From Pecten maximus (Eukaryota): a stretch of DNA of 64,000 bases. Positions 55,017 to 64,000 of this stretch are shown one piece after another. The notes under the pieces are model-generated. The model saw nothing but the letters and a program-made list of their open reading frames with translations, was not told where the DNA came from and did no database searches. The first letter of the stretch is position 1. Each line of letters opens with the position of its first letter. The stretch covers positions 30,723,465 to 30,787,464 of the forward strand of contig NC_047022.1 in the NCBI RefSeq assembly GCF_902652985.1, in the 5' to 3' direction. Made by a program: the position numbers and the translations under genes.

Positions 55017-55550
55017 ATTGACAGAGAAATCACACCCTAGGGGGAAAGCAGGGAAATCACATCCCATGGAGTGACAGAGAAATCACACCTAAGGGAATTC
55101 AAAGAGAAAGAAGAATACCCCAGAGGTTGACAGGGAAATAACACCCCAGAGGTTGACAGGGAAATAACACCCCATTGGGTGTCAGGGAAATAACATCCCA
55201 GGGGATTACAAAGGAATTACACCCCAGTGGATGACAGGGAAATAACAACCCAGGGGATTTCAAAGAAATCACACCCTATTGGGTGTCAGTGAAATAACAC
55301 TCCAGGGGTTTACAAAGAAATCATACCCCAGTGGGTGACAGGGAAATAACAACCAGGTGACAGAGAAATCATACTCTAAGGGATTACAGAGAAACTAACG
55401 CACAGGGGATGACAGTCACGCCCAAGGAGTTGACAAATAAATCACAGACTAAGGGTTTACAGATACATAAAACGCTAGGGGTTGACAGAAATGAGAATTC
55501 ACACTCTGTGCTTTGAAAGAGATATCACACTCTAGATTGTGACATAGATA
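55017..55550. repeat. Degenerate tandem repeat, ~26-33-bp unit (gacagggaaataacaccccagaggtt family), ~17 copies
   Basis: 'gggaaataacaccccagaggttgaca', 'gggaaataacaccccattgggtgtca', 'gagaaatcacaccctaggggg…' and similar units recur with decreasing identity toward the 3' end. Confidence 0.8.
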
Positions 55551-58500
55551 CATCTATGGAAGATGTTAAATTATCTAGTCATCCTATGTCGTGTACATGT
55601 GAGTTCGAGTAACACTTACAGAATACTTAAGGATTGTTCACATAGAATACTAGCTATAGGAAAACTTACATAATTTTATGCCCCACCTTGTCGGTATATC
55701 TTAGAATCCTTCACATGGGGAGAACATAGTGTGACAGTCCAATCCAAGTCTTTAATGAGAATTGGATAATAAACCTACTCCTCTGAGATTTACTTATCGT
55801 ACTATTCAGTAATTGAATGGTAATTTTATTTCTCTTCCCATATTACGTTTAAGCTACAACCGCGATCCTCAGGACATTTACCAGTAATAGCAGTTTAGCA
55901 TTTACAGTACTAGATATAAGGCCTAATAATGACATATGACTGTCGACAGGTATCGACCGGCTGGGTGAAATAGCTGAACCGAAAAACCCTTTGAAGTCTC
56001 ATATTAAAGAAAATAAACACACGACATTTGTTACGAACAAATGTAACTTCTGTTAAGTAGTGTGTTATTATGTTGTTTGAGCATGATATCGAACTGGGTT
56101 AGTGAAATATATATATGCTACATATGGTCCGATTTTCCTACATTATCATTGTCAAAAACATGGTCGCGTAGAGGTCAGTATTTTGATATCTTGAATTGTT
56201 GTTATAGCAACATACTTCCATGATGTTCATTGCATTATTTACCTTTAACTCGATCCAAATTGACAATTAAATACAACAAATGGGATCGATCTTAGAATAA
56301 TATTGAATGCAGTGACAGGAAAGACTGACATAAAAATTAAAAATGGTAGTATATACCTGAGTACTCTATTATGCTTTATAATTGTCTAGAGCTATGGATG
56401 GCCGTAAGGAACATATCCGAACTACCAATGACGTAAAAATACATGATTGCAGACCTCTGAATGTCAATTATATTCAGGAACAAACATATAGAACTATGAT
56501 TAGTTGAACAGTGGTAAATGGTATCTGTATCCTGTTATAGGTGGGAGAACTGCATTCAGACCAAGCACCGGCTGATAATACGACAGCCAGTAGCACTATA
56601 TTTATCAAATTCGGAGGCAAGCAAGACAAAACACAGTCAATGCATCAGGATGTCGAGCAAATAAAATGTTTCCTACATTTTGTATGTCGAAAAAGTTAAA
56701 GACCATCAAAGCAATTATTTAAAGATTAACAATGCCGACACAAATTTGCGGCCATTAAATAACATTGATCCCAGCAGCAAGACACTCTTAAATTGCCAAA
56801 TGTATTGCGAAGCATCATTTCAATACTAATGAACAATAAGTACAGGTTTATGGCCAATGTCTTAAAAAGAGATGATTACATCTCATTGGATTATAATGAA
56901 TATTTATGATATGTTTCTCAACTAAGTACTAAAACATGACCACTATATATCTTTGGCTCATATTTTGCTTCACCGAGAGGCTAATTCGTTATTTTTATCG
57001 TTAGTTGATATCGGCAAACATTTATGATTGTCGATTTCAGTTATATGTCAACGTGTTTGTGATATAAGGAATGATAATTGGTAGTGCTTTACTTCAAAAG
57101 CACAATCGATTTCAACTTATATTATCAGCGCGAACATTTCTACATCTACCTCCGTCCCGTACTAGTACTACTCCATATAGTATACGTAACGGTGTATTGC
57201 AACGGGGCATAATGGAACTGAAGAACCACGTAATAGAAGTAGTGACCTAATATCGAATTGACGGTTATTTTGAATTATTCAAATTTCAGATGTGTGTTCG
57301 TTATATAATCTTACTTACGCAAACATCAAATTTGACGCGTAGGAATACATAGTTCTTAGCCGGACTGGTGCACACATGCGCAATTAGTGTTTTTATCAAT
57401 AGTTATGAATTGAATATGGTAGAATTGACTAAAAAAAAAAATGAAAAATCAAGTGTTTGAAATATCTTACAGGAATCGAATAATAAAACGATGTTACCTT
57501 GGTACTATGTTGTGTTTATTCCTGTAGTTGAAAACTTTCCCCGCCAAATGGTAATGAGCTGTTTAGCGATTATATTAATTGTCAGGCTGTTCGGTTTATT
57601 CGTATATCACCGAAATAAAAGAATGCTGATATACGTTTTTTTGATAAAATCACATGATAAAATGTAAATGTAAGGAATAATTCTTGTTTTTTTTATCGTT
57701 TACTGGAGTGTAAACTGCATTTTGTTAACAGAAATTTAAACATGATGCACTAACTTGCGTCATTTAAAATATCTGTAAAAAATGCAATTTACACACCAGT
57801 AAACTTAATTGACCGCTATAACAGATTCATATTACTTTTCACTCTTACATATCTTAACCCCGTGAAGAAACAGTTAGATTTGGAATGTCCATCGTAAGAT
57901 TAAACTGTTTGATTGTGTAGTTTTTATTCCTTTTGTATGATCTTAAACAGATAATGCATACATAAGATTTATAAACCTAAACAGGGCAGGTTACTCGAAG
58001 TTCCAGCTTTGATTCAAACGTACGATAGTTGTATGTATCTAATATATCAAAGTATGTTAGTAATTGTAATTTTATTATAAGTCTAAATGGGTTTTTTTCT
58101 TTAGAATTTACGTTGATCAATTTACATTGAATTACAATCAAATTGGCTAATTTGTTGCAGGTAACGGTTGTCATAGGTTCCGAACACCTGTTGATCAGTC
58201 ACAGCGGGTATCGAAGTAAGGGACATATGTTATAGATTGTCATAGGTAAATGTAAATGCATTATACGTCAAACGTATGATGACCAAATTTTAACGAATTA
58301 GTAAATATCAAACATAATTGATTCGCTTGTATTCATATATTTGCATAATAATCGTCTAAAAGTGGTTGAGGACATAACTGAATGGTTTCCTGTGAAACAG
58401 TTGACCCAAATAGCCTTACAAAGATATCAATACGCACATGTGTTCATAGCAAAGATCACTATCAGTAAACAGTTGTAGCTTATTTTCGTCAAAGTACAGA

Positions 58501-60139
58501 ATTCAATATTCATTTTCTAACAAGGTCTATTTCATTGCCATTTTGAAGCCATTTTAACATTTAGTTTCTAAATTGATATTTTAATGATCTGTTTCTGATA
58601 CAGTCAGGCGACAGCTTTAATTAGGAGTCATTCTGGTAATCAGTCTTAAATTGAATCTGACGTTGTTTTACCCTGATCAACCCAATAAGAAATATCCATG
58701 TGTGTACCATCTTGGTTGGTTGGTTTGCATGATGGTTGTTCAACAAAGATAAAGTACAGATCTTGAGATCCAATGATTTAAAAAAAACGCGAACTCTTAT
58801 AAAGTTGTGTTGATCGGAGTGTTGAGAGACTTAAAGAATACCTCTCTCTCTCGCGTGCTATTTAGGGTCATACCACTAAAACACAGTTTCGAAATTTAAC
58901 ATAAGGTTTCCTTACGATGATAAAGCTGAATCAACAAAGATCAAGTTTACAATAGTCAGGCATATTACCAGCGTGTAAGGGGACTGATACAACATGGTAG
59001 GTGTATTTACTTGTCATTATAAGGAAACCTCACAGATATTCAGGTGAAATATTTAAATATATTAGCTGGTATTGAAATACGGATAAGTGTGTAATTAGAT
59101 ATTTAGTTCTACCTTGTTGTGTTAGTTACTGTCTCTAAAATAACGCTTATATCGTGTAATTTGCATTTATTAAGAGGGCTAAATGGCAATGCGATTTAAC
59201 AGAGTATATCGCTAGTGCATAAGAACTCTAAATTATTCAATTGTCCAGATGTCACTAAAAGCTATTGATTCTATATTAATTTCAACAAATTATAGATAAA
59301 ACATATTTTTATCGGGTATTACATTCTTGTTTACTTCTAAATGTTGATATCATGGTGAATAATTTTAGTTCAATTGATCATATTTTCAAAGTATTCGGAT
59401 AGAATCAAGATAAGAAAATAAAGGAACTTTGACCTGAATCATTGTACGTGTGTAAGTTTAAATGAATAATAGAATCGATATAACAGTATTCACTGATGAA
59501 AGAATAACAAATGAATTCTGAAAAGACACAAAAAAGAGAAGTGTTTATAACTCTGTAGACATAGTTGTATAACGGTAGCTATGACGGAAAGATTACAGGT
59601 GTTTACGATGCCGTGCAGTTAAAATAGTGTTAAAATGTATGCCCCTTCAAATCAATACTTAGGCAGATCATACGAATCAGGGATATGTAGTATTAAATAT
59701 TTCTGTTATCTTTTACCCTTTAAAAACACCCAGAGAGATTGTGTTTTATTGTTCCCAGTGTTTATGAGAAAATCCGCTCTAATAGTACTGTATTCATACG
59801 GAAATGCATCCGGCAGTGTCCAACAAGTTACGGATTTCCGGAATCCGAACAAGGATGTACAGGAGTGGATATATAACACAAACACTACCCATTAACAATG
59901 TATATATCAACCACTCCAGCATAACGTTTATGATACAATAAAAAGTTTTTAATTGACATATAAACTACGTGAAAATCAACTTTTTTATTTCCTGGTAGAT
60001 GTAAGAGCATAGTTCTCGTAAGGTTTCTACATCATCTGTTATTTTAGTCCGACTCATTTACACACATACCCTACACTCATGTGTTTTTATTATTATTGTT
60101 ATCATTATTACTTTTTACAATTAGTACATAACTGAGGCT

Positions 60140-60363
60140 TTTTTGGGGGTTTGTTTTTGTTTAACGTCCTATTAACAGCCATGGTCATTTAAAGACGTAC
60201 CAGGTTTTGGAGGTGGAGGAAAGCCGGAGTACCCGGAGAAAAACCACCGGCCTACGGTCAGTACCTGGCAACTGCCCCACGTAGGTTTCGAACTCGCAAC
60301 CCAGAGGTGGAGGGCTAGTGATAAAGTGTCGGGACACCTTAACCACTCGGCCACCGCGGCCCC
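60140..60363 (-). mobile_element. Full-length tRNA-derived SINE (~224 bp) flanked by a perfect 13-bp target-site duplication
   Basis: On the minus strand the element reads 5'-GGGCCGCGGTGGCCGAGTGGTTAAGG…GGGTTGCGAGTTCGAAACC…-3' (tRNA-like head with a Pol III A box TGGCCGAGTGG and B box GAGTTCGAAACC), then a unique body and an A-rich tail (…aaacaaaaacaaacccccaaaaaag). 'acataactgaggc' is present at both 60127-60139 and 60364-60376. Confidence 0.85.
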
Positions 60364-62868
60364 ACATAACTGAGGCAATAGCAGAATATTACAAACGTTA
60401 TTATTGAAAAGCAACATTGCTATAACTACCTACTGTTATAGTGATATTCAGTTGATGATGGGGGCTTATTTCTCTTGTTGGAATGTTGGTGTGGTATAGT
60501 TATTAAAGTAATTGCTGCTTAAGACCTTAGATCATATTCAAATGAAATCAATAAGTGCTGCATTTTATTTGTTTTATTTAGATGTTAATTTGGAACATAT
60601 AGTAGTCTATCTTTTTCACATTGACGAAGATTATAGTGACTAAATGGCTATGGAAATAATGTATCGCAGCGTAAACAAAATTGTAAAAAAAAAAAAACAA
60701 ACAAAGTCAATATTAACACGGAGAATCAATAAAAAAGGAAAAGGGTGAAAGACCACGTGTTTCGGAATGATTAGGGTTTGCAGCATGATCTATCAAAATA
60801 ATTAGATACAACCACGTTATCTATGCAAGAACGTGACTCTACGCTTCTAACATTAACAAATCTTCCTCTGAATCGTGTCAATGTTAAGGCTTGCCACAAT
60901 GTACTATGACCTTAACTCTGTCAAACTGCATATCTCAAAGAAAATAATAATAAAAAACATTCTAACGATATCATCACAGGTTTGTGTAAGTTGATTTGTT
61001 TTTTAATATCAAATGTGATGTTAATACCATCAGAAAGTTATTCAAGTACTTTTCTGATTTTGATTATTCAATCATATGCAGTCTTATAGACAATACAGCA
61101 TGTACTAGCATCAGTATCTCTTACACTCGACTAACTGAACGTAACTGTAGAGGCATATGAATAAAAATAGCACAACGTTAAATTCTTGAAGACTAGGGCT
61201 GCGATAAAGGCGACCTTTGCAGCCCACAGCCCTTTGAAAAAATTAAGGACTTAAATCTTTTCATTTGGCGACATTATCAAGTTACTGATATCACAATTTG
61301 GATCATCTGGGAAATGTAAAATGCTATAGTCTAGTAAAAGACTCGTAGGTTGTGATACCTACATTGGAAGAATATCTCCAGAAACGGTGTGGTAATATTC
61401 CATCCGTTTGCATTTGATTAACTCATTCTTTCTATTTTACATATTTTATCAGATTATGATAAAGGATTCTGTGTGATATGACATATGTCAATATTTGCCC
61501 ATTCCCTAATACTCCCCCTTGCATATCAGTATATGTAAGCTATACTTCGGTGACTTCTTAGATTTCAAAGACTAATACTTCATACACTCTCCGCCTTAAC
61601 TAAATACTGAAATGATAGGTGCTGTGTCCTTCAAGTTCATACTTTGTTTTCCCTCCTATGCCGCAGAGGTTTTAAAGTGAAGAGCCTGCAAATGTGGTAT
61701 ACAAAATACAACAATGACATAATGACAATCATACCACAATTTCGATTTCTTACAAGACGCCGAGGGCGACCGTACATAATATTGGCAGTTAGAATGACCC
61801 GTGAAACAAAAGGGCACTTTTATCAAAAAGTCCGATAGTCTGTAAAAATCAAAATCATGTCGATGAATATTCCACAACCGGGCGCAATTACTTCTTAGCG
61901 GCGTTAGTCCCTAGCTAATATAAAGTTACAAAATGCATGAGTTTGTGACACCAATATGTAGGTAATTATAGGTCGATCAGTGTTTTCCTTTGATCTAAAG
62001 CATTGACTTTTAGACCAGACTGTGTTTGTGGAGAATATTGCTTCGAAACACGTTAGATAAATAAGGCTGAATTATTGAATAAGATATCACTTTACCATTT
62101 AGGATACATTCTAGTGGAAATTAATCTGCGCCAGTATCAGGCGAACACGATTAGATTGCTGATAATTGCAAAACAAATCTCCATAATCATTATGTAAAAT
62201 GTTAGACCGTAGGCTGCAAGCCTTTACAATCAATGATCCGTTGAACACAATAGAGAATATATACCAATTGTTTATTTGATAAAAATAAAACCAATAACCG
62301 CTTGTCAGGTTTAATGATGGCTTTGATGATACGAATACGGGATATAGCGTTTATTGATTCCTTGTAATAAATGCAACTACATTGTAGATTGGTTTTCAGT
62401 TCAAATGACAAAACATAATATATTATCGACTTAAGATATTGGAATATCATAATTCATCAGGACCAAATCAGTTATAACGTGTAATTTATATGAAAACCAT
62501 TTAATAGGTTGTCATTGTTTCAACTTTGGAATCCTGAAAGCCTTGATTTACATGTACCTGTATTTAGGTGATATAAAAGAAAGTGGCACAAAGTGAAAGA
62601 GCACACAGAATATAGACGTGTAGATGAAGCAGTGATTCAAACCCCAATTCGATAATCCGAAGGCAAACAACGAACTGAAAATAAATTTACATTGAGATGC
62701 CGAAGAAGGATCAGCAGAGCTCAGTTTTTTTTCAAAAGTTGATTAGGCTAATTAGAGTTAAACACTAATTTAAAAATCCCGATAAAACATTTCTGGTAAA
62801 GCTTACTCTTGACAAAACTATGAAACGATAGCACCCGTCAATCTCTTCCTACCTGCCTATATAAATGA

Positions 62869-62903
62869 CCCCCCCCCCCCCCCCCCCCCCCCACACACAC
62901 ACA
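62869..62903. repeat. Poly(C)24 followed by (AC)5
   Basis: Direct reading shows a 24-nt C homopolymer. Confidence 0.9.
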
Positions 62904-64000
62904 TTAATCAAGTGTTTAATTTAATCACCTTTGCAACTGTTCCCAGGTATGTTAAAAAGAATATAAAGATCAACATAAACCCGAAACTGTCCTAAAATAT
63001 GCATCTAACTATGCAATATGGCATGTTTGCTTGCAAAGCTATATTGTTTTAAATGGACCATATACATCATATCAAGACAATCCGCCACATGAAATATTAA
63101 GTTTTATGTTTCTCTTTTTTTTTATATAAAAATATAACTCAATAGACCACCTAAAATTCCGCCTTACCATTTGGGTTCAACAACTAGAACAGATTGTTGT
63201 AGAGTTTGCATAGGGGGCAATAAAGATATAAACATCCGAGTTTTACACGAGTATTTATTATCAGTAGAATTGTGCTATTTATTTGCCTGTGTTTTATTGA
63301 TCACCGTTATGGAATTTAACGCAGTTAATTTTCTAATTTCAAACTAATAAATACATTCCGTTCTTGTGCTTTACACCGTCTAGCCGCCATTACATACAAC
63401 CCCGCACTTTCAGAATTGAATCTAGATTAGCTTGAAACGTGTGAATATTAATTAACTGAGATCTGACGAAAGTTGACAATTGCTACAACGACCCGATTCT
63501 AGACACTGTCAGGAACTTCATCCGATGGCCAAGGCATATTTAGGTAGGTGTGGCTGACGGTATCGGTCACAGGGCACAAACGAAGGAGTTGTCTGTTTGC
63601 CCTATGACTCAATTATAAACTGACAACTCGAGAGTGTGCAAAACCGCAAATGTGTCTAGTCAGTTTATAATTATATCGTATGCTTGTCATCAAAATGTAA
63701 ATATATCACTCTATAGCAATTCGTGTATTCATCACTGTATGCTTTGTCCTTGTCAGACCTCTCTAATGAAGACAGATACAGTTAGAAATACTGCTGAGCT
63801 ATATTGGAACCGTAGGCAGGGAAAAATGCGCGTTGCTGCCGAAATCAAAATTACAAAACAGAAATTTAACAGAATAGAATAAATGTTATGTTCCTCACAC
63901 GTATCAATGTATACAACAATCAGACCTGTCGAGCTTCCGTGAAGCCGAAAGCAGAAAATGCAGATTTGATATGTACTCACGACCGTTAGCGAGGTCAACT

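Noticed and set aside
60280-60363. tRNA gene on the minus strand (A box TGGCCGAGTGG, B box GAGTTCGAAACC)
   Set aside because: It is the tRNA-derived head of a SINE. It is followed by a ~140-bp non-tRNA body and an A-rich tail, and the whole unit is flanked by a TSD. The second, deleted copy at 37.9 kb confirms it is a dispersed repeat rather than a tRNA gene.

Overview
This 64 kb window looks like AT-rich, gene-poor eukaryotic nuclear DNA, most likely from an invertebrate animal, rather than a prokaryotic locus. I found no credible protein-coding gene: the longest ORF is 145 aa, and almost every ORF over 60 aa is a translation of a tandem repeat, a SINE or a decayed retroelement. At least 13 kb of the window is tandem repeat. 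The largest blocks are a ~5.2 kb 36–42 bp satellite containing an inverted internal block, a ~1.8 kb 50-bp satellite and a ~1.45 kb 28-bp satellite. There are also arrays with units of 74, 62, 55, 54, 28 and 11 bp, plus several microsatellites. The interspersed elements are a full-length tRNA-derived SINE with a 13-bp target-site duplication and a second, internally deleted copy. Three decayed copies of a reverse-transcriptase element carry a motif pattern I read as Penelope-like. There is also a degraded CR1/L2/jockey-type LINE fragment. I see no defence system, CRISPR array, operon or RNA gene apart from the SINE tRNA-like heads. The points worth a second look are the architecture of the satellites (the inversion, the higher-order periodicity, homogenised cores), a 129-bp perfect-style palindrome, the fresh SINE insertion, and a few isolated CpG-rich islets that could be promoters or small exons.
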